Shown here: piece after piece, positions 37,938 through 50,833 of the stretch | Numbering within the stretch: the first letter of the stretch is position 1 | Layout: each line of letters opens with the position of its first letter | The notes under the pieces: model-generated | Seen by the model: only the letters and a program-made list of their open reading frames with translations | What the model was told of the DNA's origin: nothing | Databases searched by the model: none | DNA from: Podarcis erhardii | Lineage: Eukaryota | DNA: 64,000 nucleotides | Direction: 5' to 3' (one strand) | Assembly: GCA_964252035.1 (NCBI GenBank) | Contig: OZ176209.1 | Position numbers and translations under genes: made by a program

Positions 37938-38062
37938 CTCTGTAGTGAAGTCACTTTGTTCTTGTTCTTGTCAACTGCATTTGAAGACAGCTGGAGGAAG
38001 TTGGGGTTTAACTTGTATAATTCCTGGAGTAACTTCTGTTCATATTCTTGATGCTTACCAGC
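37938..38062 (-). CDS. CNOT4: CNOT4 exon 7 (125 nt)
   Basis: TATCCCAG|AGKHQEYEQKLLQELYKLNPNFLQLSSNAVDKNKNKVTSLQ AG|GTATGA. Confidence 0.96.
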
Positions 38063-38999
38063 CTGGGATAGAAAAAAAAGTTATAAAATAATGCAACTGT
38101 CAACCTGGCAATTTGCAGTGAAATCTTTACATCAAAATTTCATTTCTCATGTTCAAATAAGAGAAGCTTGGTTATTTTAAGCTAGCCTAGTCCATGTCCC
38201 ACCAAATCACAAGACTATGACAACCATTTTGGGCTCTTTTGTAAGAATGTAAATTCACTGCTGCCTAAGGGAGTTTACTGTAAGTTGGTTAAGACCTTTC
38301 TAATTTCACTGAAAGGTAACCTCAGAACAATTCATAGTAATGATCACATTTCATAGGTGTACCCCACAATGCCCATTTCAGTTTCTTAGGTAACCTGCTC
38401 AGAAGGTGCAGAGTGATAAGTTAAAGGAAGGAGAGGTAACGTGGGGGGCCACATTTCCCATCATCCCTGACCACTGCCCATACTTATTGGGGTTGATCTG
38501 AGTTCGGAGTTCTGGCCCTTGTTCTGCAGAATAGCATTCCTGTTGAGGTACAACAAGCACCCACTATCTGCACTTTTGATAACTATTGCAGACATTTTTG
38601 TGCATTTATCCAGATGGATAAATGAATCTCTGTCATGAGTTTCTAATTTGTACTGCTTTCAGTTTTCTTTTAAATGTAGGTTTTTTTGAGTTTTTAATTT
38701 GCTGTTTTTATTGTGCATCGCCTTTAGATGATAATGTAGGAGATTTGCTATTATATTATATTTATATAATACATAACCTCTACCTTTTATTCTCAGCTCA
38801 GTTTATAGAACTTCAAATCTGCAGCAAGAATGCTTCAAAGTCTTTATATTTCCTCTCAGTCCAGTCCTGGGCATTATCTCCATTTCAAAAAGAAGGAGCA
38901 GAGAAGACAGTCAAGCCAGTTTGGACATAAATATCATGGCTGAACAACTGTCAGGCTGCCATGGTCAACCAGGGACCATCTTGGCTGTGAGACCTGGAA

Positions 39000-39355
39000 G
39001 ACCTGCTTCCTGCACTGTAGGCCTTTTCCACTTGGCCTGGGAAGTTGGGGCCCTGGCTGACTCCAGTTACAAAAGCTGAAGCTGCTGAACAGACCCTTAG
39101 GTTGGAGAATAGTGTGTGTGTGTTGGTATTGTTGCTCTTGCTGATATTAATTTTTGTATCTTTATTTTTAGATCTTATTATGATTTAAGGTGGAAATTGT
39201 TTTATTTGATTGTGCACTTCCTGGTATGTTTTATTTACTGTTTATGACTACTTTTGTTATATTTGTAACTATGTAATTGTTTTCACGTTGGAAGCCCCCT
39301 GGAGCATTGTTTGAACTATGGAAAGGTGGCATACAGATAAAATGATGCATGTATG
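39000..39355 (+). mobile_element. Degenerate L2-type 3' fragment
   Basis: T-rich tail then GGAAGCCCCCTGGAGCA...GGTGGCATACAGATAAA, typical of L2 3' ends. Confidence 0.45.
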
Positions 39356-39391
39356 CATGCTTCCCACTCTCCTCATGTGTTGCCTTAAATA

Positions 39392-40492
39392 CCGTATTTT
39401 TCGCTCTATAACACGCACCTGACCATAACACGCACATTGTTTTTAGAGGAGGAAAACAAGGGAAAAAACATTCTGAATGAAACAGTGGATGTATCATTTT
39501 TGGGCTTCATGCTGTGGCCACAGACATGTGATCTGATGGTGAATTTGGGGTGACCCAATGCCAAAATCCTGAGAATTCCTGTGGATCCATGCTTTGTAAC
39601 CACGTTTTTGCACCATTGCAGCCCCAGGCAACAGTGGGTGCGTGATTTTTTTGGTGCAGGCTGTAGCCATGGACATGCTATGTGATCTGATGGTGAATTT
39701 GGGGTGACCCAATGCAAGGATCCTGAGAATCCCTGTGGATCCATGCTTTTTAACCACGTTTTTGCACCATTGCAGCCCCAGGCAACAGTGGGTGCGTGAT
39801 TTTGGTGGGGCAGGCTGTAGCCATGGACATGCTATGTGATCTGATGGTGAATTTGGGGTGACCCAATGCAAGGATCCTGAGGATCTATGTGGATCTATGC
39901 TTTGTAACCACATTTTAAGTGGGGAGCGAAGGAAAAACAAAGAAGGGACATTAGAGGGGTGTGCAGAGAAGCAGCTGGCTAAGAATGCAGGAGAGGGATT
40001 TAACCGGTTGGAGGAAAGAAAGNNNNNNNNNNNNNNNNNNNNNNNNNNNNNNNNNNNNNNNNNNNNNNNNNNNNNNNNNNNNNNNNNNNNNNNNNNNNNN
40101 NNNNNNNNNNNNNNNNNNNNNNNNNNNNNNNNNNNNNNNNNNNNNNNNNNNNNNNNNNNNNNNNNNNNNNNNNNNNNNNNNNNNNNNNNNNNNNNNNNNN
40201 NNNNNNNNNGCACCGGAGCTTGCCTGGAGGGGAGGGGCTTTCCCTGCTCTTTGTTCCGTTTCAGCAAACACAGCAACAAAACAGAGGAGGGTGGGCAGTA
40301 AGACCCTGAGGCAGAATGCAGGAAAGCAGCCGCTTCCTCTTTTCAGGTTTCGCTTTTCCTTGAAGCGTCGCGATTTGATTTTTGCCTGGTTTTTCGGCTC
40401 CAGGGACCACACATTCGCTCTATAACACGCACAGACATTTCCCCTTCCTTTTTAGGAGAAAAAATCTGCGTGTTATAGAGGGAAAAATACGG
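39392..40492. mobile_element. Tc1/mariner (Tc2-like) non-autonomous element with internal 154-bp tandem repeat
   Basis: TA|CCGTATTTTTCGCTCTATAACACGCA ... TGCGTGTTATAGAGGGAAAAATACGG|TA (26-bp TIR, 1 mismatch); repeat units start at 39527, 39681, 39835. Confidence 0.85.
40023..40209. other. Assembly gap (187 N)
   Basis: Direct reading. Confidence 1.
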
Positions 40493-40624
40493 TACTTCGA
40501 TCGTGCATTCTCTAAACCGCATTCTGAAATCGAAACTGTAGTTTCATTTCTGATTTACTGGCTCAGATCAGAAATATGAGGCATTTAGAGTAGTATTTCA
40601 TGGTATAGGTTGCAACACACATAC

Positions 40625-40750
40625 CTGCATCTCTTCTTTTGTAAAACTGGCTGCTTCATCCCCTAATTCATGTAGATACATACAGTCTGGTTTAGGACAC
40701 TGCATATTCTTCAAAAAGTAACTGCAATATTTTGTGGTACCTAAAGACGC
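40625..40750 (-). CDS. CNOT4: CNOT4 exon 6 (CCCH zinc finger)
   Basis: CTCCAG|ASLGTTKYCSYFLKNMQCPKPDCMYLHELGDEAASFTKEEMQ|GTATGT. Confidence 0.98.
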
Positions 40751-40879
40751 CTGGAGGGGAAATGAGACATTAACTATAAAGGACAACAAACTATATACTT
40801 TAGAAGTAAGCCTGTTTTAGAATCCATCTTCTGGTATCATGGTGCTCAGTTACATGTACTGATAGACATTTGCCATTAC

Positions 40880-40880
<1 letters not shown>

Positions 40881-40938
<58 letters not shown>
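40881..40938. repeat. (TC)19(AC)10 compound microsatellite in the 231-nt intron 5
   Basis: Direct reading. Confidence 0.95.
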
Positions 40939-40939
<1 letters not shown>

Positions 40940-40981
40940 ACCTTATTCTTATATAGTTACAAACACATACATTCATATTAC

Positions 40982-41083
40982 CTTAAGTGTTCTTCCATCT
41001 ACTACCACATTATTGACACACTGTATGGCTCTGAGTGCATCTTCTGACCGGATGTAAGTTACATATGCACTTGCACTTGGACC
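40982..41083 (-). CDS. CNOT4: CNOT4 exon 5 (RRM, C-terminal part)
   Basis: TATCTAG|GPSASAYVTYIRSEDALRAIQCVNNVVVDGRTLK|GTAATA. Confidence 0.98.
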
Positions 41084-42393
41084 CTAGATAATTTAAAAAA
41101 AGTGTATGCGCATAGGTCAGTTTATTAGTCATCCTATAATGCAGCACCGAACTTCACAAAATTCTGAAGTACTTAATACATAAGAAGCCCTCGGCAAAGG
41201 ATTCATTTGCAAAAGTGGAGTAGAAATTATTACTGCAATATTTGAATAATCAGTTTAAACAGATTACAAAAGTGCCTGTGACTAATCGGACAGCAAATTT
41301 AAAACACATTTTGTCATAGAAGTACTTCTAAATACTCCACCTGGCAAGCACCATTTTAAGAGGCACTCCTATCCGTAAAACAAACACAAGGAATACTTCT
41401 AAGGCAATGTCTGCTACAACAGGAATGCAAAACCTAAATTTTAAAAAAAACAAAACTATGTTCTTTGCTTCAGAGTGAGGAAACTATGTTCGTTTCTTCA
41501 GAACATATGAGTAAAATCAGTAGAATGAAGCAACTATATACCATACAAGGTTGGGCTTGCTGAAGTTAGGTTTGAATTGATGGTTTCCCAACTCTGTACA
41601 CTGATATTCATAGCAACAAGGCTACAACAGCTTTACTCCAAAATCCTTACCATGCATTTGGATTCCCTTCTTTCTTTACAATTATGTTAACTTTTTGCCT
41701 GCTCTTTGCTCCTCTACCCATTTTGAAGCCAACTTCTAAAAACTTAAGCATTCCAAGTAACATATTCCTTTCCTACTTACAAACTTGAATGAAAAAGTAA
41801 CATATACTTTGAAATAGGAATTAATTTTTTCATTAGTATGACAATAGCATATCAACCAGATTAGGGTATAATTAAAAATCTTCACCAAGGTATAATGCAC
41901 ACCCAGAAGTCAATACAATCTTTCTATTTAGTGAAAAACTATAACATATTTTGAGTATATCAGCTTCTGCACCAGCAAAACAGCTATAGTAAATCATGGG
42001 GTGCTCCAAGTTAGAATGCAACTACATTCCTGAACAGGGGTGTACAAAGCGGCAATAATAAGGAAGGTACATTCCAGACAGAACAAATGAAAAGATCTGG
42101 ACACATGTTTGCAGGGGAATACATTCATAGGCTACACTTAACTGAAATTACATTCTAATTGTAGCAATTCAGGGGCAATTTACACCTTACTGCTGGGTAG
42201 TCTACGTTGTAGAATTAATCTGACTCTGGTTATTAGTACATGCAAACAAAAACAGAGCTGCCGAAATGTTCCTGTATGGAATGTTTTTGACCCAAGGATG
42301 TCAAAAATGAGTTGTCCATATGCAACTGAAACTGTTGGAACTCCAGCTAAACACCCACCTTTTGCCTAGGTCAAGGGGAAATCAGTATCTTAC

Positions 42394-42480
42394 CTGTGAG
42401 CCTGCATATGATGTGCTGTTGTTGATTACAACTTTGTGTATTTTACCAAATTTCCCAAAATATTCTGGCCTTTTCAAAAC
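42394..42480 (-). CDS. CNOT4: CNOT4 exon 4 (RRM)
   Basis: CAAACAG|VLKRPEYFGKFGKIHKVVINNSTSYAGSQ|GTAAGA. Confidence 0.98.
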
Positions 42481-44217
42481 CTGTTTGGAAGATTAAGTTC
42501 ACAGATATAAAAGCAATATTAAGAAGCAGCTCAGACAAAACTCAGACTACTAATGGATGCTTAACTATTTTTGCTCCCTTTGAAAAATCTTTTAACCAAA
42601 GAAAGCAATGGAAAATTGCTAAGCAGTTACAAATGAACTATACAAAACATTGGTCTTGGGCTGTCAACTGGAGCGGCGCAGGAGTCTCCACCCAGGCACG
42701 CAACTGGTACTGAGCACATACCATATTTCCTACAATTAGTGGCAGATAACTTCAATTCTCTCTCCTGAAGTCTAACAACACTGTATTATAATGAGTTCTT
42801 CTAATAGCCTGCAGTCCATAAATCACATAAAATTCCAAGTGAAGATTGAAAGGCATGCCAAGTGGGTACCAATTTAACAGGCCCACTGCCAGCAGGGACC
42901 CCAGACTATAAGCTTTCATTTAAAAAATCTAGCCCTCCTAGAAATAAACTTATAAAGCAAGATATTCAGGTACCCTACTAAGCAATGTGCTAGGCTGTCT
43001 GCTCCTATGTTTAAGTGTTTTTTAGGCAATGAATAAAGACAGAACTGTGATTGAAGAGTGCGCTTTGTGAGCCTCAAGAGAAAGAAATTCATGGGATCCT
43101 AAAGAGCTTCTGTTTTCCCCTCCCCTTTGGTGCACTTTTCCTGATTCCATCTCATTTTGTAGCACTTGGAACCTCTGTAGTATACGCTTTTTTCTTATCA
43201 ACCAGAATGCATCTTCCCTATGGTGGGTTTGTCTGAGATCAGGTAGTCCCCAGAAGTTATTTTCTGAAATACTACTACACAGTAAGCATAGGTGAATGTT
43301 AAAGAAAAGCATGGTGAATTCAAAATTTGGAGGAATTGGGCATGTCTCCTGCTGCGCACGATCTATGGTGCAAGCATTAATTAACAATTCATTGCATAGC
43401 TATCAGCAAAAGGGCACAAAAATTTGAATATGCAAATGTCCTCTTTTGTGAGTAGATCAGAGGTTCCAATACAGTGGACCAGGCCCAGAAAATCCTGATA
43501 GCACTCCTGCAGATTGAGCACCAACATAGTAATATGTCTCACTGACCAGTTTAAGATAGTCTGGTCATAGTGTCACCAACCAAAATTTCTGAAAGCTTTT
43601 AAGAGCAGCCCCATGTAAAGTCATACTACCGAAGTTGATGCTTTAGCAGGCTTCAGAATGAATTTACCATGGCCAGAATTGTCTTCTGCAAGTAAGTGCA
43701 GCTTAGTATATCAGCAAAAGTGGTCCCAGCCCAGCAACCAGAAGCTGTTCCAGATCAAAGAACACATCAAAGCTGAAAGCCTCCATTTTTAGAGCAAATG
43801 CAACCCCATCCAAGGCAGGCTATACAACAAACTCCAGATTCATTGGTTCTCACAATCAACAATATTTTTATCTTATTAGGATTGTTATTGCATATTCAAT
43901 GACACACTGCTCTCTCAAGTTCAGTGTCCACTGTCTCCCTAGGGTCTGATGAAAAAGAGTGTGTGTGCCGAGTATCATCAGCGTATGGATGACTTTTCAA
44001 CCAGGATTCCCAGACTAATGACCATGGGATATAACAGAATTCAACTGGCATCATTTTATGGGTCCGCAGCCCTGGGTTGGTGGTATTGAACACCACTGAA
44101 AAGGCCAGAAGAATCAACTAATTTGAGTAGGAATTTATTTGGCAACTATAATAACTGCAGCAAAAGTTCAGGATACACTTATTCTATAGGAAGTTCAGAT
44201 TTCTGGCAGCTGCTTAC

Positions 44218-44415
44218 CTCTGGATCTGCTAGGCGTTGGGATAACCCTACTACGAATACAAGATTCTTCTGTACAACCCGTACACTGGCCAGATGTTTAC
44301 GATTCTCTGATATCTTCTGTTTTCTTTCATTTTGCTTCTGTTTCTTTTCATTTTTTATCCTTTGCAGCTCTTCTTGGGAGAGTGGTTTATACACTGCTGG
44401 ATCTTCTGGATATGG
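44218..44415 (-). CDS. CNOT4: CNOT4 exon 3 (coiled coil and RRM start)
   Basis: TTTATTAG|PYPEDPAVYKPLSQEELQRIKNEKKQ...VVGLSQRLADPE|GTAAGC. Confidence 0.98.
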
Positions 44416-46080
44416 CTAATAAAAAGAAAAGTGAGTAAGCCTTGATTAATAATTCCCACATCATTGTTTCCTGCAAACCTCAAGCCCACTGCAATAGATG
44501 CTATATGAATGATATAGAAACAAGCAATGGCTTCAAATAAATCTGAGCCCACCAAGGAATAGGTGTGCACTTTCTGCCAGTGAGGCTTCTTAAACTTTGA
44601 TATCATCCTTTGCAAAGATGGCTGACATTTCCTCCCTTGAATTGTGCAGCAGCAGATAAAGGTAATGGTAGATACGCTGCCATTACCTGTCTTCTCATTG
44701 TGAGAAGCTTGGTGCATTTCTATAGAATACAGAAAACAGAGTATAGTGATTAGACGTAAACTTGTTTCAAAGCAGGCATCTGAAAACATAATGGTTGATA
44801 TTATATGAGTATGAGTGTCATGATAAAACACTAACAGTAACTTGTCACAAAACCACAATAAATGACAATACCATGCTGATTAATACCTTTTTTTAAAAAA
44901 ATTAAAAAATCAAAAGCTTAAAGGAATGCAAGGCAACATTCAGTTTTTTACACATGCCTCTCTTTAACCACCACTGGCACATGAAATGTGACCCACTTTA
45001 GCAGGTCAATGAGTTCAAACAGCTGGGTCATCAGAAGCATTCAAAACAAATATCCTAGTGAAGTACTTAATGAGCATCTACAGATTTCAAACACCTCACC
45101 ACATTGCAGAAAAGGTGCAAATTTAGAAAAAAGATAGAGATGATGCAATAACCAAAACACATCTGTTCATTTAAAGAAGTTAAACTGAAAACAGTTTTAG
45201 GGTGACACCTGGCTAAGTCTTACTTAGACCCACTGAAATAAATGAACTTTAGTTTATTTCAATGGATGTACACTAAGCATCACTTAACTGGATACCACAA
45301 GTATACTAGCACAAGTAGTGTGGGAATTGCTTTTTCATGAGCAAACAACATTTAAAGTGCCCCAGCTATGTTGCTAGATGCCCATCCCATGTGCTCCATC
45401 GAAGGATAAAAGTCCCTGATCCCTTGACCATATCAAGAAAACCATAAGTGGGAAGCCTCAGGCCCAGAGGCCAAGTCCTGCCTTCCAGGCTTCTCTAATC
45501 TGGTCATCAGCAGCACTCAGACACCCTTCACTGTCCCAACTCCATATTCTCCTCCAGCTCTTTTGCTTGGCTAGAATGTGTCCTTGAACAGTGGCAATGT
45601 ATCTTACTTATCTGGGTATCTTACACAGAAACCTGCTTCACTTTTTGCCTGTTGCTCTGATAACAGTTCTTATGATGAGAGGAAAGTCTTTCCATCTGTC
45701 TGACCACCCTATTCACACTTGCCCTGCCAACCAAGACACTTGTTGCAGATTTCAGAGGAGACGACTGGAAACAGCTGTGGCTGGAAGAAGTGGAGGATAC
45801 TGTATTGCCCTATGATATATGTACCACTAAACTGATGTTTACAGTGGTACTTGACTTCTGACAATTCATGAGTTCAGGAGAATACTTTGCGGAAAGTATA
45901 GAACTCAAAAGTCGAACGAAGATCAATATTTCACTTAAAAGGACTCCATATTCCTCCCTGGTTTGACAGTGAACCCCAAGATAAAAGTCTTAGGGGACAA
46001 GATACATCATGTTTAAAGCAACATTTCATATTGGTGAACCTTATTACATAACCAAATTTATTCTAATGAACTTAATATAC

Positions 46081-46254
46081 CTTTCTGCAAGCAGGGCAAA
46101 GCCCATTCTCATCAGTGCGAATACGATGCCAACAGAAGCGACAGATCTGGTAACCACAGGTGCAAGGGAAGAAGTTTATGTCATCAATTTCAAGAGGCTC
46201 CATACAAAGGGGGCATTCCACAGGGTCTTCCTTCGCATCTGGGCTGCGAGACAT
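46081..46254 (-). CDS. CNOT4: CNOT4 exon 2 coding part (C4C4 RING); whole exon spans 46081-46339
   Basis: MSRSPDAKEDPVECPLCMEPLEIDDINFFPCTCGYQICRFCWHRIRTDENGLCPACRK|GTATAT; acceptor TCTTTTTTCTTTTCCAG (AG 46340-46341). Confidence 0.99.
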
Positions 46255-48020
46255 CTCTGTTTTCGCACAGCAGCAAAAAAGTATATAATAACTTAAGGGA
46301 GGAATAGCACAGAAAACTAAAATGAAGATACTTGAAGATCTGGAAAAGAAAAAAGATGAATGAATTACTATTTAAGTCTACATTGGAGCATAACCAATTA
46401 ATTCTCTCTGAATCAAAAAGCAGTTTATAAGCTTCTTTTTTCCCCATTGCTTTTGCTTAAAATATTTCCCAGCCTCCAACTTAGTTTTCAAGGGGTATTA
46501 ACCCACAAAGTTTTCCACTCTCAATGAACTGTGAAAAAGAGTGGTATCTAACCCTTTAGTTTCCCACTGTCATTTAAGCAAACATCTCAAATTATTTTAC
46601 AACCCTTTGTTGTATAACAGCGCAATGAAGTCCTCCAAGTAAACAGCCAAAGTGAAAATTTCTTCAAATCTTTGTTCTTACATGATTCACAGAAAGCATT
46701 CTTATATGCTTTGGGGTTTGTAGCCCTCCCCCCAATCCTCAATATGTGGTGAAGACATTTACCACACTTAAAAATGAACCAATAGCCAAGCAGTATTCAA
46801 TTGAGGGCGATGAAATTCCACAGCTGAGGGCTGGCATCAAGAAAAACCTCAACATGTCCTTGGATTTATAACACATGAGTATATTCTATATCTTAGAAAT
46901 CACAATGGTATGTGGAGGTTGTATGCAAGCTCTCCAGTATAATTACTGTGATAGAAACTGGCCTGCAGCAGTCTATTCAGTGATCAACTAAATCAATAGC
47001 AGTCAAATCTGCAGCCTTTGGTTTAATATAATATAGATGGAAAGGAAAGGAAAAACACGAGGAAAATGGTGTGACAGAAAGAAAGAAAAGGGGTAGCCTG
47101 TCTCTTGCCCCACCCACTACCAGCATGCACCCCGTGTACCAACATCATCTTGGAGGCAATCTGGCCTTCAGAAAGAAGGTTCCCTGCATTTGATTCTTTG
47201 ACAAACATTGCTCAGGCAGAGTTAGAGAAGTTTTACATTTTATTCACTGAAGTGCCAGGGGTCCCTCAAACACATAAAGTCAGCTCAGAACCACCATAAA
47301 TGCCAGCCCATGTAAATAGTGTTCATCTAAGTGTGCACCATTTGCAGTACTGAAGCAAACAATTCTTGAATTGATTCAGAAAAGCACTGATATTATCAGT
47401 ATGATTATCCCAAATGACCTCAATGTTTTTTCCTCTAACACTTGCTCAATCTCCAGTGGATTCCATCAATTTGACAAGATGAAAAACTAAATCAAAAAGC
47501 TTTTTACAAACATCAGCAAGCTGCCACTACTGGTTGCAGAAAAAAATGGAACACAAGGAATAGTGACTTCTACAACAATAGGTAGCACTAGGCCACGAAT
47601 ACAAACACAAGCATCTGGGAACTACAAAATAATAGCACCATTATCTTGGTGCCCAGAAGCAGATAATATTTAGAATTTAACATGAACTGGTGTGCTAAAA
47701 GTAACCTTAGGTACTATGTTGAGAAACTATAGCTGGGATTCTCTATACATGTAAAAGACCGATTTGTCCAAGTGTTTAACAAAGTTCATGATTTGTTTGG
47801 AACAAATTGAGAGAAATAATTTTGCTTATCATACTGCACTTCAAGATTTGTAACTAACAACACAAATGATATCTGAACATCCTGTCTTCTAATTTGCCCT
47901 GCTTGTCCCTCAGTGGGCAAATACAACCAGATTCTAATCTAGAGAATGGGGTGTAGGTGTCAGCAAACACACTTAGAAATTCTTACTGAATTTCAGTGGA
48001 GTTACACTGACAGCAGAAGA

Positions 48021-48766
48021 CAGAGGTTTTCAACCTTTTCGAGTCCATGGCTCCCTTGACCAACTAAATTCTTTCTGCAGCACCACTGTGGGGATCAGGA
48101 GCCCAGTTATGTCACCCCTTGCCTGCAGAGCTGGCAGCCTCTCATCCTTTTTCGAATACCCTCCCTTGTGGAGTGTTCCCTCAGCCTCCCCTCCCCTCTC
48201 CTTGGGAGTCCTCCGGGCAGCCGCTGTCAGCGCCCCTGGTCTCTGAGCTGTCCCCCACCCACCCCAAAGAGAGGTGCCTCCCCACACTGCCCCACAGGGG
48301 CCTGGGAAAAGGATGCTCCCAGCCTTAGTGCCCCAATGGAGACTGGCCAAAGGTGAATGTGAAGTCAGCACCTTACCTTGAGAGTAAGACTCACCTTCAG
48401 TGGTGGGAACTCAGCTCCCAGGCAGGCCTTGCACACAGCAAGCACAAGAAAGGCCAGTGCACCACCTGCCTGCTTGCCTGCCTGCCTGGCTGGCTGGGCC
48501 CCTTGCCCACTTGCTTACTCAGAGGCCAGCTCAGCTCCTGGCAACCAGCACTCCCTGGCCAGCCCCAGAGAAACCATTCTCCTGCGGAACTTGTAGCCAG
48601 GGCTGCTGCAATGAAAAGCTGTGCAAGCCTTTGGGAGGCAGAGATGTGAGAGAGCATCAGAGGAGGGAGGGAAAGAAAGGGGGACAGAGACCAGTGTTGC
48701 CCGCAGCACCCCGACCATCATTCAAGGCACCCCAGGGTGCCACGGAACGCTGGTTGAAAACCACTG
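48021..48766. mobile_element. hAT-Charlie-like non-autonomous DNA transposon
   Basis: TIRs CAGAGGTTTTCAACC / GGTTGAAAACCACTG; 8-bp TSD GCAGAAGA / GCATAAGA (7/8). Confidence 0.85.
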
Positions 48767-49489
48767 GCATAAGAGTTAGGAGTGCCCTGCATAAAATATA
48801 TCTGTCTGAAAGTGCTTTAGAATGAATTAACCAATTGCTGAGCTTCTCGCCACCACATGTAAGTATATGAACTAGATCCAAAACAGAAAATTTGGAAATA
48901 CTTTATTGTACTTTTCTTTTTGAATTTGTATCCTCTACTTCCCAGAGAATCTCCAAGCAGCTAAATGGGAGCTATCTCATGCACAACCACCTTGCACGGT
49001 AAGTGGATGAAACAATATTAGTCTGGGTCATCCAGTGAGCATTACAGATCAACACGAATGTGAACTCAGGTCTCCTTGGTCTATGCCCCAAACTCTTGTT
49101 ATCACCTAGAAATTCTGCAGATGTTTAGGGCTCCAATCTGCAGAAGTCAACCACAGCTTATACCTATTCATTACTACAGCTTGCATCCTTTTAACATCCA
49201 TGGACATAGAATGCAGGCCCATATATTAGACCTGGTGAGCCTATAAGTCTCTTCTAAATGAAACTGGACACTTTAGCAAGACTTTCCTCAGTTTACTCCC
49301 CAGATACTATTTTTGGCACCCTGTTAAGTAACTGCTTTTTATACAGCAAACATCTTCTATTACAAACTACATTAACTCAGCAGTCACAGCATGAACACAT
49401 TTGCATGAAGTGTAACTACGCAAAATATATGTGCCTTCATTAAATACACAGCTCCCCAGAATTTAAGGTGGGAACTCTCTCAACTCTAC

Positions 49490-49560
49490 TTAGAGATGCA
49501 GGGGCTGGACCTAGGACCTTTTATATGCAAAGCAGATACTCTACAGCTGAGCTATGGCCC
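49490..49560 (-). mobile_element. tRNA-derived SINE 5' fragment
   Basis: Reverse complement GGGCCATAGCTCAGCTGTAGAGTATCTGCTTTGCATAT...AGGTCC, a tRNA-like head with A box. Confidence 0.65.
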
Positions 49561-50331
49561 TTCTCCACAGAAGATCGACTCCAATCTAAAAAACTTACCA
49601 CCCAGACGTACAGTTCTATTTTGTAACTCTGAAGCATCATATTGTTGTATCTATACCACAGAGAATGGACATGGGGTCCACACACTGTCTATGAGTACTT
49701 CTGTGCTGCCCAGGAGTCTAGAAAATATCAAGTACTGTAGTTTTACTGATACATGAACCACACAAGGCTAGAAACCATTTAAAATATTGCATCCTGAGTG
49801 ACTAGGGATTTATTTCTTGAAACTAGCAAGTCCACAGCCCCAGCTGATGAGTGCTGCTTGCAAGTGTACTTCTCTATAAATATGTTCATCACCCTGTTGC
49901 AAGTTCTACATTTATGTGCAGCCAGAGACAAATATGTAATCATATGACAGTCTATGTGGATTTCATACTTCCTATGCAGAGGTGTTTTTTGTGTAGTCTC
50001 TCCTGCTTCCCCCCGCCCCCATCCCAAAGTTATGGATTTTGTGGTTGGAAAAATAAGCTTGAGAACATGAGGGAAGAGTGCCCTAGAAGGTTCAGATATC
50101 AAATAAAGAAAACTGCACGCTTCCCAAGTTAATCCAATGAAGTTAAGACTTTGTCAAGAGTTAATACTGAGAAGGAAATTAAGCACTCCAACATGAAGAA
50201 AGGATCAGTTAAAAAAAAAGAAGCTTGTCAGGCTTCACTGTTTCCAACCACTTTTTCTAAAATTGTAGCATCATTAACAAAAGAGTACATAAATGTACAT
50301 AGAATTATGATCACACAGTGTTACTGTAGGT

Positions 50332-50534
50332 CAGAGCTTTCCAAACAGTGTCGCGACACATTAGTGTGTTGGCTGCAGTGTGTAGGTGTGTCACACAAAC
50401 ACTCCCCACGTTCCTTCCGGGGCTGGAAAGTGGTTAGTTTAACCTCCGGGTTGCTAGTAAAACCGAATTACTGTGTCGCAAAATGATGCATGCCTAAAAG
50501 TGTGTCACCAACATGAAAAGTCTGGAAAGCTCTG
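50332..50534. mobile_element. hAT MITE
   Basis: TIRs CAGAGCTTTCCAAAC / GTCTGGAAAGCTCTG; 8-bp TSD CTGTAGGT / CTGTAGCT (7/8). Confidence 0.85.
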
Positions 50535-50833
50535 CTGTAGCTGTATAAAATCATATGCTATAGTCAGACTTGAACATTGGTTTCAGGATTGGACAGTTCA
50601 CAAATAAGATAAAACTAAGTTGAACAAGAGAAACAGGAGAGCTAGAAGTTAGCATGGGTTAGATACAGAAAAAGACGCAGGTGAAAGCCTCTATATGGAA
50701 TGCACTACTATATACACACCCCACACATAGGTTGTCATGTAACCATCACACAGGTGTACATTTTGCTGCATGCTTGCATCCAACATATTCACAGGAGAGA
50801 ACTATCATGGGCACTACTCAACAGTTAAGGAAA

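Noticed and set aside
39494-40425. Long ORFs (147-261 aa) around 39.5-40.4 kb
   Set aside because: Inflated by the N gap and the 154-bp tandem repeat inside a non-autonomous transposon; no transposase motifs. The repeats lack unique spacers, so this is not CRISPR-like.
43022-43387. 121-aa sense ORF in intron 3
   Set aside because: No credible donor and no similarity to a protein I recognise.
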